Source: Octopus sinensis (taxonomy: Eukaryota). Taken from it: a stretch of DNA of 64,000 nucleotides. The stretch spans positions 22,010,001-22,074,000 of the forward strand of contig NC_042998.1 in the NCBI RefSeq assembly GCF_006345805.1. Reading direction: 5' to 3'. Under the pieces are notes generated by a model. It made no database searches. It was given only the letters and a program-made list of their open reading frames with translations, and was not told the origin of the DNA. How positions within the stretch are numbered: the stretch's first letter is position 1; each line of letters opens with the position of its first letter. Positions 12,290-25,193 of this stretch are shown piece after piece. The position numbers and the translations under genes are program-made.

Positions 12290-12975
12290 ATACATAGTGC
12301 TTTTTATGTGCCACCAGCACAAGAGCCAGCCAGACGATCCTGGCACCAGTCACATTTGGATAGTGCTTTTAGTGTGCCACCGGGATGGGAGCCAGTCAGG
12401 AGGGAAGGGCATCGGCTATATTTGGATGGTGTTTTTTATGTGCCACCGATATGGGAGCCAGTCAGGGGACACTGACATCAACCACGTTCAGATGATGCAT
12501 TTTACATAACACCTGAATGGGAGCCAGTCAGCGGGCGATGATTTCGGTTTTACTTGACACAACAGGTCTTCTCAAGCATATCATATCACCCGACACATCA
12601 AGGGTACTCTTAAATGGATGCCCTTCCTAACACCAACCACTCTGAGAGTGTAGTGGGTGCTTTTTACATGCCACTATTATGGGATCCAGTTAGGCAGCAC
12701 TGGCATCGACCACACTCGAATGGTCAATGCCAGTGGTACGGGAACCAGTCAGGCGGCACTTGGGAAAAGAAATAGATGAGATGATCACCGGTATGGGAGC
12801 CAGTCAGGGGACACTGACATCAACCACGTTCAGATGATGCATTTTACATACCACCTGAATGGGAGCCAGTCAGTGGGCTATGATTTCCGTTTTACTTGAC
12901 ACAACAGGTCTTCTCAAGCAAATCAAATCATATATCACCTGACACATCAAGGGTACTCTTAAATGGGCTGGACAT
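12290..12975 (-). mobile_element. Rearranged RTE 3'UTR (family D) array
   Basis: Repeated gggagccagtcag units; internal duplication of 12445-12615 at ~12790-12965. Confidence 0.75.
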
Positions 12976-13107
12976 GCAACACTGGCATCGGCCATGGCTG
13001 CGATCTGACTTTAGTTGCTGGGTTTTCTCAATCACAGAATATCTCCAAAGGTCTTGGTCTTCTGTCATTGCCTCTGTGTCTGTGTGTTTACACACACACA
13101 CACACAC

Positions 13108-13140
<33 letters not shown>

Positions 13141-13256
13141 CACACACACACACGTGTGTGTGTGTGCATTCTGGCCAACCAAAGCCTTCGGCGGAAACAT
13201 AGGAGAAGGAAAGATCCAGAGAAGGGAAGACAGAGGGAAAAATACACAAACACACA

Positions 13257-13920
13257 CATAGACATGACAGAAGTAAATACACATAATCATTAAAATTTAT
13301 TTAAATCTGTAATTACACATTTAAATTATTTATTAATTGTTATAATGTGAATATTTAATAAAATCTGGACTCATCAGAGAATATGACAGTGTCTCAAAAT
13401 GTTAGTGGCCTCTCCACCATCTCACTGGCCCAATCTTTTCTCCTCTTGATATTGGCTGGTCAAAGAATTGGTTTCCTTCTTGCTGCTCTGCCATAGTAAC
13501 CAAGTTTGTGGAGACGCCTGACAGCTGTTCTGGGACTGACATCAACTTGTTCTGCTATGTCAGAGGCCTTGCAACAAGGATTATCCTACACCCTTCTCTT
13601 AACAAAGAGAAGGGTCCTGTCAGGGGGCCCTGGTTGACCTGGACAAGGTGATATGGACTCTATTAACTATAGAAAGCAGAATCCCAAAGTTTTCTGTGAT
13701 TTTACACTGACAATGTCCACCTTCAGGATGACCCACAATACGGCTTCTTTGAAATCCTGGCAACTCCAATGCTTCTTTTGTACATGGCATGATTTAACAG
13801 TCACATATAGAACCTGAAACATAAAAAATGTCAATCAATAAAAAATATAAACCTTTATGAATTAAAATAAACATTAAATGATGTTTTGTGGGGTGTCTAT
13901 TTACTTCTGTCATGCCTATG
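13257..13920 (-). mobile_element. Internally deleted Tc1-family DNA transposon
   Basis: TIRs catag(a/g)catgacagaagtaaata at both ends; minus-strand translation SPRTAVRRLHKLGYYGRAARRKPIL*...KRRKDWASE...F*DTVIFSDESRF stops after the first catalytic D. Confidence 0.9.
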
Positions 13921-14140
13921 TTTGTTTGTGTGTGTGTGTGTATGTATTTATATATATATACGATGGGTTTCTTTTGGTTTCTGTCTAGCAAATCCACTCA
14001 CAAGGCTTCAGTTGGCCAGAGGCTATCGTAGGACTGAACCTGGAAAGAAGCGGTTGAAAAGCTTAACCTCTTACCACACAGCCACACCTGTGCCTATATC
14101 TCTCTATCTGTCTGTCTATACATACATATATACATGTATT

Positions 14141-14173
<33 letters not shown>

Positions 14174-14689
14174 ATGTATCTATATATATATATATATTTA
14201 TATATTTGTATATATATGTATATATGTATAATGCTTACTATATTTGTCATAACACTTTTTTTAGAGTAAAACTTCTAATTACACATATATTAATTAGTCT
14301 GTGCTTCCACTAATAAGCGTACATCTATCTATCTGCCAGGGAGATTGGAAATTATTTATGAGGCTTAAATCTTTGATCATATTCATTTACCATTTTATAT
14401 ATTTCTGGCAACGAAAACCATATATATATATATAACAAAAAACAAAAGAAAAAAAATAAGAATGGAAATCATCGTATCTTTTCATGTGTTGTCATTCTTT
14501 GTTTTGCATGTGCCATAACACACAATCCTTGTCAGGCATGCAGCCAGTTTTATAATATAATTCATATGAATATCTTAATATGTATATATATTTTCCTCTG
14601 GATGAAATGAAAAGCCAAACGGAATTTGATCTTTCAGCAATAAAGTGTCAAATGGATGCCATAAATCTTGCAGCCAATTCTTTTAGCAT

Positions 14690-14870
14690 TCATATCACCA
14701 CCATCATTATCATCATCATCATCATGATTGTCACCATCATCATCGTCGTCGTTGTCATCATCATCATCATCGTTTTCATCATCGTCATCATCATCATCAT
14801 CATCATCATCGTTTTCATCATCGTCATCGTCATCATCATCATTGTCGTCATCATCGTCACCGTCATCATC

Positions 14871-14901
<31 letters not shown>

Positions 14902-15080
14902 TCGTTGTCATCATCGTCATCATCATCGTTGTCGTCATCATCGTCATCATCTTCATCATCGTCACCATCATCATCGTCATCATCATCGTCGTCATCATCA
15001 TCATCATCATCGTTGTCATCATCATCATCTTCATCGTCATCATCATCATTAACATCATCATCATCATCATCATCAACATG
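14690..15080. repeat. Degenerate (CAT/CGT)n trinucleotide array
   Basis: ~390 bp of atc/gtc repeats; gives rise to the poly-D, poly-M, poly-I and poly-S ORFs. Confidence 0.95.
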
Positions 15081-15467
15081 AGTATCATTACGACTATTGC
15101 TGTATACAATCTTCTTCCTTTTTTCCTCCTCTGCTGCTTTTTTCTTCCTCTGCCTTTTACTCCTTATCATCCACATCCTCATCATCATCAGCATCATCAG
15201 CACATTCATCGTTATTGCCTTCATTGCTATCCTCCTTGTGCTCTTTCTGCTCAACATGGCCGGTTACCATTGTCATCTTAGTCATTTTCATTCCCCTCCG
15301 CCTCCTCCTCCTCCTCCTCCTCATCATCATCATCATCATAATCATCATCATCCTCAGTTCTTGAGTGAATAGCAAGCTTCAAATGAATAAATTAATTTTA
15401 CCGTATAAATTAAATATTCTCTCTTCTGTTTGTACAGCCATATCTGTGTGTGCATATATATACATAC

Positions 15468-15520
<53 letters not shown>

Positions 15521-15541
15521 ATATACATGTGTGTGTATACA

Positions 15542-15577
<36 letters not shown>

Positions 15578-15728
15578 CACACACACACACACATATATAA
15601 TAAATGTATGCATGCATGCCTATATGTATGTATATACATAAATATAATCTATGCCAGTATAGAAAAAAGTGGATGTAAAATGAGCAATATGTGTCTATCT
15701 ATCTACCTATCTACCTATCTCTCTCTCT

Positions 15729-15772
<44 letters not shown>

Positions 15773-16386
15773 TGTGAGTGTGTGTGCAATATGAATACAC
15801 TTGTATCCAAAATAAGATAAAAAAATTGACAGATATATATATAAATGTGCGTGCAAGAGTGTAGAAAGTGAGATTGAGGGAAATGTGGCGGGGGTGCGGG
15901 GTGGGGAGAAAAGAAAAAGAAGTGCTTTGGCGATGTATTCAGCATGTGTGTAAAAAATAGAAGAAGAGATAATTCGAATAACAAGACCCGTCTCCATCCC
16001 CGTCTCCTGGTAAAGGGTCTTACATGCGTTTCGTGTTATAGTTTGTGCTCAAATCTTTTAAACTATCAAATTCTATGAATGAACAAGCATCCACTAGAAT
16101 TCTGAATTCTACTGAAATAGATTCCTTATCCAAGAAGATTTCAAGACATCTGTTGCTCCCCTTCCGTCTTCTGCTTCTCATTTCTTCCCTTTCTTTTTAT
16201 CCGTTTCCTTCTCCTTCTCCACCTCCCTCTTTCTTCTTTTCCGTACATATGTTTATTATTAGCAGATTAACAGACCAGACATAGAGATGAGGTTTTAAGC
16301 CTGATACCCTTGCCTTTTGTGGTTCCTGCTGCTGCTGTTGTTCTTGTTGTTGTTATTACATTTATGATCATCAATGTTCCATCTGC

Positions 16387-16630
16387 GATCATCTCATCTA
16401 TTTCTTTTCCCCAAGTGCCGCCTGACTGGCTCCCGTGCCACTAGCATCGACCATTCGAGTGTGGTCGATGCCAGTGCTGCCTAACTAGATCTCATGACGG
16501 TGGCATATAAAAAGCACCCACTACACACTCAGAGTGGTTGGTGTTAGGAAAGGCGTCCATTTAAGAGTACCCCTGATGCGTCGGGTGATATGATATGCTT
16601 GAGAAGATTTTTGTGTCAAGTAAAATCGAA
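16387..16630 (+). repeat. Inverted duplicate of 12545-12787 (family D chimera)
   Basis: The reverse complement matches 12545-12787, including the unique gggaaaagaaatagatgagatgatc flank. Confidence 0.85.
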
Positions 16631-17082
16631 ACCACAATCTTGCGATCATGATGCTGACACCCTAACCACTAAGCCACACACCTCCACAAAATAATAAATA
16701 CCTGCAGGTAAAAGATGACGCTGTAAGGAGTCTGTAAACAGGAAAGGTATCTGGCTGCAAAATGCTGCCTCAATAAGTCTTGTTCAGTGCATGCCAGCAT
16801 GGAAAACGAGACATAAAAATGATGATAATGATGAGGATGATGATAATGATGATGACAGTGATGTTGATGATAGTTGCCTTCATCACTGACGATGCCGGCA
16901 GTGGCTGCGACAATGATGATGATGGCGAAAACATTAACAAAAAAAAAGGCATCAGTAAGACTTGAAGAAATCAGATTTTATAGAATTTTCTGCAATAAGC
17001 TATTGTTTACCATTTTCTCTTCATAAGAATTCTTTAATGATTATGATAACGAGCCAATATTTTCTTTTTCTTTTCCTTCCAG

Positions 17083-17135
17083 ATATGACAGCATGGAACC
17101 TATACAGTATTAGGAATGGAATATAAATCATTCAA
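17083..17135 (+). other. Candidate 53-nt spliced exon (non-coding or 5'UTR with start MEYKSF)
   Basis: Strong acceptor tttctttttcttttccttccAG and donor AA|GTAAGTA; stops in all three frames unless the ATG at 17116 initiates or the AG at 17090-91 is used. Confidence 0.35.
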
Positions 17136-17722
17136 GTAAGTATTTATATATTTCAAATATATTCATTGTTGTTTTTATTCTTTTATTCGTCTATTCTTTT
17201 ATTCGTCTATTCTTTTATTCTTCTATTCTTTTATTCTTGTTTCAATCATTAGACTGCTGCCATGCGTTGGGGTGGGGTGGGGTGGCACCACCATGAAGAA
17301 TTTCTAGTTAAAAAAGTTGATCCTAAAATGCCTGGTACTTATTCTATCAGTCTCTTTTGCCAAACTGCTATGTTACAGGGACATAAACACACCGACACTG
17401 GTTGCCAAGCAGCAGTGGGGGACAAGCACACACACACACACAAGCTATATACAAATATATATATGTATGTATGTGTGTATTTGTGTGTGTGTGTGTGTGT
17501 GTATGTTCTTTTATTTTATTTGTTTCAGTCATTTAACTGTGGACATGCTGGAGCACCACCTTTAGTCAAACAATTTGACCCCAGGACCTATTCTTTGTAA
17601 GCCTGGTACTTATTCTATCGGTCCCTTTGGCCAACTGCTAAGTTACAGGGATGTAAACACACCAGCATCGGTTGTCAAGCGATGGTGGTGGAACAAACAT
17701 AGACGCACATATATTATATATA

Positions 17723-17753
<31 letters not shown>

Positions 17754-17761
17754 ATATAATA

Positions 17762-18142
17762 CTAGCAGTATCACCCGGCGTTGCTCAGGTTTGTAAGGGA
17801 ATAACTATAAAGCATTTTTAGAGAGTTATAGCCAAAAAATAGCAAAAAATGGAAAAAAATGGTAAATTTTTTTTTGAGATTAAAAAGGTGGAGTTGCGTC
17901 CCCTAGAACAGTTTGTGGTTTGAGTTTCTCATTGTCGACCCCATGTCGAATTTATCGATTTTTTTCAGAACTGGGGGAACTTTTCAAAATGTTCGCTGCG
18001 TTAGTTTTGAATTATGACATTGGGCTATTTGTGTGTCAAGTTTCATCAGAATCGGTTGAAAGCCGTGGTCAGGGTGAGGGTACAAGCAAACAGACACACA
18101 GAAACACACACAGACAAACTGCCGTTTATATATAGAGAGAGA
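17762..18142 (-). mobile_element. Non-autonomous Helitron-like element (same family as 8300-8682)
   Basis: Same 5' TC and 3' hairpin-CTAG ends. Confidence 0.85.
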
Positions 18143-18465
18143 TATATATACACAACAGGCTTCTTTCAGCTTCCATCTACCAAATCCATTCACAAGGCTT
18201 TGGTCAGCTTTAGGTTATAGAAGACACTTGCCCAAGGTGCCATGCTGTGGGACTGAACCTGGAACCATGTGCTTGGTAACCATGCTTCTTACCACACAAC
18301 CATGCTGCGTCTATGTATATATATATTTGTGTGTGTATATATATATATATATGTATGTACAAATTCAAATTATAAGGGTGAAAAATCTTTTCTTAGTGGT
18401 CAGACCAAATGGGGTCTACTTCTAGCATAGTGGGTGTCCACTTAGTGGCTATCCCTCTTATAAGT

Positions 18466-18498
<33 letters not shown>

Positions 18499-18759
18499 GT
18501 AAATTAATAAATAAAACATATGCATATATACATACATATATGTATGTACCTACCTCTACATGTATATATACATGCATATATGGGTACAGGACATCAAAAA
18601 ACGTCGAACACAATGAGAAATGAAAACATAAACACAAAACCAAGGAAATGGACATTTTTCTCAAACAACAAAAAAATAGAGTACAGGACATACAACACAA
18701 GGAAAATTCCCCTTCTTCAGTCGCCTCTGTTTCATCTACTCTGCGTTTCAAAGGTCAGT

Positions 18760-19203
18760 TGAAATGCTCTGGGTTTGTTTCAATTAATTTTGAATATAAC
18801 AAAGAATTTAGTAAAATAATTTAGTTATCATTAATCTAGTGTTAAGAACATAAATTGTGACTAAGGTTTGGTGGAAGATTTTAATTCAAAACTTTTGAAA
18901 ACAAGACATTTGTACAACAGAGCCAGAGGTGGTCTCAGGAAGTTTTGGACCAAACGGGTTAAATTAATCATTTGTTAACCCTTTTGTTACCATATTTCTT
19001 TTGAGATGCTCTGTGTTTCTTTCAGTTACTTTAAATATAACAAAGAATTTAGTAAAATAATTTAGTTATCATTAATCTAGTGTTAAGAACATAAATTGTG
19101 ACTAAGATTTGGTGGAAGATTTTAATTCAAAACTTTTGAAAACAAGACATTTGTACTACAGAGACAGAGGCAGTTTCAGGTGGGTTAGCATCAAAAGGGT
19201 TAA
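18760..19203 (+). mobile_element. piggyBac-type MITE dimer (first unit 5'-truncated)
   Basis: Unit 18979-19199 runs CCCTTTT...AAAAGGG and is flanked by TTAA; linker TTAA-attaatcatttg-TTAA at 18959-18978. Confidence 0.85.
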
Positions 19204-19489
19204 GATATTTCTTTGCTGTGGAGAAAAGGAAAGAGATAATGATTCAGACAGAGCCTTTCGTTGAGTATTATGAGACAAATGCAAAATATAAACAGATGGA
19301 CCCCAAATTATGTTGAACGATTTAGAAAGCATGAACTTGCATCCGAGAGCCAAATAACTTTCATAACAGATACATCATAGAAAACTAGAGCTGTTGAAGC
19401 TGAGGTTAATAATGACAAAAGAGAAAAAAATATATATATATCTCTCCTCTTTCTTCTTCTTCTTCTTTTACTTATTTCTAATGCAAAAA

Positions 19490-19585
19490 GAAATATATAT
19501 ATATATATGTATGTGTATGTATGTATGTATGTATGTATGTATGTATATATATGTGTGTGTGTGTTTGTGTGTATATGTATGTATA

Positions 19586-19618
<33 letters not shown>

Positions 19619-20019
19619 GTATGTATATGTGTGTGTGTGTATATGTATATATATATATGTATGTATATGTGTGTGTGTGTATATGTATATATATATATGT
19701 ATGTATATGTGTGTGTGTGTATATATATATATATATGTAGATATATAGATATATATGTATGTATATATGTATATGTATGCATATGTATATGTATGCATAT
19801 ATATAATGTATGTATATATATATTGTATGTATATATATATATGTATGTATATATGTATATAATATGTATATATGTTGTATATATATATGTATGTATATAT
19901 ATATGTATATATATATATATGTCTATATATATATGTATGTATATATATATATGTATATATATATATTATGTATGTATATATATATTGTATATATATATAT
20001 ATGGATATATATATATATG

Positions 20020-20072
<53 letters not shown>

Positions 20073-20470
20073 GTATGTATATATATATGTATGTATATAT
20101 GTATGTATATATGTATGTATATATATATGTATGTATATATGTATGTATATATATATATATGTATGTATATATGTATGTATATATATATGTATGTATATAT
20201 ATATGTATATATGTATGTATATATATATGTATGCATATATATATGTATGTATATATTTATGTATGCATATATGTATATATTTATGTATGCATATATATAT
20301 ATATATATGTATATATATATGTATGCATATATGTATATATATATGTATGCATATATATATATATATGTATGCATATACATATATATATGTATGCATATAC
20401 ATATATATATGTATGTATATATATAAATGTATGTTTGTATATATATATGTATGTATGTATATATATATAT
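19490..20470. repeat. ~1 kb compound (TA)/(TATG)/(TG) low-complexity array
   Basis: Directly visible; the source of the 362- and 403-aa YI-repeat ORFs. Confidence 0.95.
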
Positions 20471-21384
20471 ACCCAACACTAAAAAATCTGTTTTTCCATG
20501 CCTCATTGTCTTTTTAAGTATCTTGTACTTTCCTTGGGTGGTTTGCAAAAGAGGTGGGTAGATTGCCATATGATTAAACTGTAGTAGTAAAGAAAAACGG
20601 AAGAAAAAAAAAAGGGAAAGAACCCCCCCCCCCCCCCCGCCACACACAGACGTATACACATATACGTATGTGTACATACGTGTACCCACGTGTATGAATA
20701 CATAAAAATCTTACAAAAGCATATTTTAGTTCTTATGATATTTTTCTGGTTCAAGCTTCTGAGACTTGCTCAACTATTCATCTGTCGTGATCAGGACGGC
20801 GCTTTGGTACATTCTACTGAGGAGAGTCAGGAATAACGGTCTATTTCTTTCTTTCTTTCTTTGTTTTTTGGTTTTTTTTTTTTTTGGTTTGTTTTCTTTT
20901 CAGAGGTGGTAATTAATAACAGAAGTTATATATTATGTGTACTTCAAATTCTGCTTATTCTATAGTAATTTTTTTCATTTCTGTAAAATGTGTGTGTGTG
21001 TATGTACATACATATGTATGTATGTATGTAGGTATGTACGTGTGTGCGTATGTTTGTGTCGACATGTGTATGTATATATGTGTGTATATACATATTTATA
21101 TATGCACACACACACACACACACACACAAATACACATACACACATACATACATTTATATATTATGTATAATCAAACAATAAGTATAAATATAATTTTCTA
21201 CACAAAACCATGTAAACTGCAGAAACAATTAAATTCAATATAAGAAGACCTCACAGTGGGTATAATATGTAAGTAAACATGTTCTTATCATAACTATATT
21301 GAGGCTTTCTGATATTAAAATTTCTTATCCATACACAGACCATACACACGTATATTTCTATATACAATATGAGCTTAGATTTTT

Positions 21385-22690
21385 TGACTAGCTCCACTGG
21401 ATTCCCTGCAATCCTTCTAAATATACATAGAGAAGCTGTTGCAAAGTCACTCCAAATTTTTTCAAGGCTTTCTAGCAAGCAGAAAATTTCCAAAAGGTGT
21501 AAGTTGAGCAGATGTTAAAAATTATAGACCTACCTCTTTGGCTTCATGTATGGAATGAATTAGCAGAAGAAGATTTCTCATGTTTTAAGAAGGAAATGAC
21601 CAAATGACTAATACTCAGCATAACTTTCGCCCTGGAAGAAACTGCTTTACAAAATTCCAGAAACATTACTACAGGGTGTTGTGACAGCTGTTTCGTCATG
21701 GTTATGGATGTTAAATATGCTAACTTTTCAAAGGCCTTCAATAAAGTTGATCAGGAGATAGTGAGCTTAAAATTTCATCATCTTAGTATAGAAAATTAAA
21801 AGAGTGGCTCAATGCATTTTAACCCTTTCGTTACTGTATTTATTTTGAGATGCTCTGTGTTTCTTTCAATTAATTTTAAATATAACAAAGAATTTAGTAA
21901 AATAACTTAGTTATCATTTAGCTAGTATTAGGAACATAAATTGTGACTAAGGCTTAGTAGGAAATTTTAATTCAGAACTTATGAAAACAAGACATTCGTA
22001 CTACAGAGCCAGATGTGGTTTCAGCCAGGTTGGTATGAAATGGGTTAAATCAATCATTTGTTAACACTTTTGCCACCATATTTATGTTGAGATGCTCTGT
22101 GCTTCTTTCAATTAATTTTAAATATTAGAAAGAATTTAGTAAAATAACTTAGTTATCATTAAGCTAGTGTTAGGAACATAAATTATGAATAAGATTTGGT
22201 GGAAGATTTTAATTCAAAATTTATGAAAAAAAACATTTGTATTCAGAGCCAGAACTGGTTTCAGCTGGGTTGGTAATGAAAGGGTTAAGTGGCAGAAATC
22301 AGGAAGTTACTGCTTGTTGTTCTCTATCAAGGGAAATGTAAGTTCTAAGACATATCCCACAGGGAGATGTCTTTGGGCTGTTGCTGTTTGTAGTGGCACT
22401 ATCAGATGTGCCTTCAGTTATACAAACAGACATTCTTACTAGCTGTGCTGCTGGTACAAATGTAACTCAGGCCCAAACGAAACCCTCCGATGCTGCAATC
22501 CTAAACCAAAACCTTTATGCAGTTTAGAAGTAAATTGAAGGAAATGACTCTCTGAGATTCCAGATGAACCATCGTTACACACCAAATGAATGTTGGGGCA
22601 TACCAATTGCATAAGCAGTGCTGTGAGATGACCACAACTTTCAGGCACAATTGGACATAGTCTGAGACGACTGTTGTTATTGCTAGGCCT
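21385..22690 (+). mobile_element. Degenerate CR1-clade LINE RT fragment split by a piggyBac MITE dimer
   Basis: Remnant motifs NYRPTSL, QH-FRPGRNC, NFSKAFNKVD, WLNAFL|SGRNQ (rejoined across TTAA) and IPQGDVFGLLLF (GVPQGSVLGPLLF-like). Confidence 0.85.
21823..22284 (+). mobile_element. piggyBac-type MITE dimer with TTAA target site duplication
   Basis: TTAA at 21819-22 and 22285-88; removing the insert restores the CR1 frame N-A-F-L-S-G-R-N-Q; linker at 22045-22064. Confidence 0.9.
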
Positions 22691-23014
22691 AACTCATCGT
22701 AAAGTCAATACCACCATGACCGCTATCCAATCTACAGTGGAGAAGGCTAGCCACTGGATTTGGTTAAAAAGAGATGATGAGCGATGGCTAGAAGAATATT
22801 GAGCTTTATTTGATAACTAGCTGATCTAGCAAGCGGGGCCTCATATCAGTGAGGGGGGGGGGGCGGTGTGCATTGATGCCATCGAGAGGTAGGCCCCGAA
22901 ATGGCACGCATTCTCTCCTGATGACCCCATACACTTGCTGGCTTCTGGTATGCAGAGTTTTTGACTGGTACCAGTCAAAAACTATGTGACCACATGTGTA
23001 CCATTGGCGATTTT

Positions 23015-23191
23015 TTTTTCCTCTGTCTTCCCTTCTCTGGATCTTTCCTTCTCCTATGTTTCCGACGAAGAGCACCGCTCGAAACGTTAAACCCTCCTTC
23101 TTTCCTTCTTTCCTGAGCGTCCAATAATACTATATTTGTTCCACGTCCTCGCGTTGTTGTGTTTTTTTTGTGCTTTCTTGTTTGGATTAAC

Positions 23192-23192
<1 letters not shown>
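23015..23192 (+). mobile_element. Penelope-like pLTR fragment carrying a minimal hammerhead motif
   Basis: GTTT-CCGACGA-A-GAGC-acc-GCTC-GAAAC-GTT-AAAC at 23058-23092; related fragments at 13188-13245 (-) and 50110-50190 (+). Confidence 0.6.
23058..23092 (+). ncRNA. Minimal type I hammerhead ribozyme-like motif (U4C variant)
   Basis: Stem I GUUU/AAAC, stem II GAGC/GCUC, GAAA, palindromic stem III AACGUU, GUU cleavage triplet. Confidence 0.5.
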
Positions 23193-23254
<62 letters not shown>

Positions 23255-23855
23255 CAAACACAGACACATTCATATATCATCATTATCATGATCATGTTTC
23301 CCTTTTCCATGCTTGCGTAGGTCAGGTGGAATTCTTTTAGTCAGATTTCTTATGGCTTGACATGTTTGCCTTGAAGTCTGAAAACGAACAGGATTGCTTG
23401 CATGGAAATGGCGCTCATTTACAACTGTGAAACAAGGTCAAGACAAGTGCACAGACACAGACATACTCACACATGCATGTGTGTAAGCATATGTGTGTGT
23501 ATGTGTATACATATATAAATATATATATATATATCTATACACATAAATACGTATATACATATATGTGTGCATATCTATATATACATATGTATATATATAT
23601 AGGTATTATGTATGTATGTATATATATATATATGTTGATATTTATATATATACATATGTTAACACACACATATACAAATATGTACATATACATATGTATT
23701 TGTATATATACATGTGTGTGTATATATATACATATATGTGTATGTGTGTATATATATATATATCTACATACACATAAATACGTATATACATATATGTATG
23801 CATATTTATATATACATATGTATATATATATATATATATTATATATGTACGTATG

Positions 23856-23897
<42 letters not shown>

Positions 23898-23985
23898 TGT
23901 GTGTGTGTGCATGCACACATATACAAGTATGTACATATACATGTGTTTGTATATATATCTGTGTGTATATATATATATACATATA

Positions 23986-24032
<47 letters not shown>

Positions 24033-24509
24033 TGTTTCATTATTTCCACCATGTTTCCCTAATGATTTTGTTGTTTTTCTTTCTTTGTTCAACTTGGTGC
24101 AAACTTCTCTTTTCTTTTTTTCTTGTACAAATATCTTTGTTTCTTTCTTTTTTTCTTCTTTTTTTTTTTTTACTATTATCTAAAGTACATCTTATAAATT
24201 CTTTTTAAAACTTTCAGATTTATTCATGGATTCCAATATTTTATTTTTATACTTTTGGCCTATTTTGCCCATATGTATATATATATATATATATTTTTTT
24301 TTTTTTGGCTTTTTTTTTTATATTTCCTTTTTGAATATTATGATTATATTTTGTTTTTTGTGCTTCGAGAAATATTTATGGAATTCATGTTTGTTGATCT
24401 TACCAAAAACAACAACAGAGTTATTTATTGATGTCAACATTAAGATCCAAAGTTCACAGGAAATAATTGAAACAAAGAAGAATATAGTTAGTATGATACT
24501 ATTTAGGTC

Positions 24510-24880
24510 TTTTACTGGCTTTAGGCATTTGACTGTGGCCATGCTGGAGCACCACTTTTTATTGAACAAATCAACCCCAGGACATTTTCTTTGTAAGCCT
24601 AGTACTTATTATATCGGCCTCTTTGGCTGAACTGCTAAGTTACAGGAACGTAAACACACCACCAACATTGGTTGTCAAGCGATGGTGGGGGGACAGACAG
24701 ACAGACACACACACACACACACACACACACAAATATATATAATGGGCTTCTTTCAGTTTCCATCTACCAAATCCACTCAAGTCTTTGGTCGTGGCTATAG
24801 TAGAAGACACTTGTCCAAGGTGCCACACAGTGAGACTGAACCCAGAATCAGGCGGTTCCGAAGCAAGCTTCTTTAGGGGA
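24510..24880 (-). mobile_element. SINE family B, full
   Basis: Tail, (AC)n and head on the minus strand. Confidence 0.8.
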
Positions 24881-24963
24881 TGTAAACACACCATCATCGG
24901 TTGTCAAGTGATGGTAGGGGTACAAACACACACACACAAATATATATGTATATATATATATAT

Positions 24964-25193
24964 ATTTCTTTACTACCCACAAGGGGCTAAACGCAGAGGG
25001 GACAAACGAGGACAGACAAACGGATTAAGTCAATTACATCGACCCCAGTGTGTAACTGGTACTTAATTTATCGACCCCGAAAGGATGAAAAGCAAAGTCG
25101 ACCACGGCGGAATTTGAACCCAGAACGTAACGGCAGACGAAATACGGCTACGCATTTCGCCTGGCGTGCTAACGTTTCTGCCAGCTCGCCGCC
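24964..25193 (-). mobile_element. SINE family A, near-consensus
   Basis: Begins ggcggcgagctggcagaaacgttagcacgcc on the minus strand. Confidence 0.9.

Noticed and set aside
14580-15281. 233-aa poly-Ile and 207-aa poly-Asp ORFs
   Set aside because: Open frames arise from the (CAT/CGT)n microsatellite; no domain, splice or codon evidence.
18690-18750. Hammerhead in a minus-strand Penelope-like fragment (ctgaagaagggg)
   Set aside because: No GAAA follows a stem II, so the fold cannot be completed.
19394-20689. 362- and 403-aa ORFs
   Set aside because: YI/VC dipeptide read-through of TA/TG repeats.
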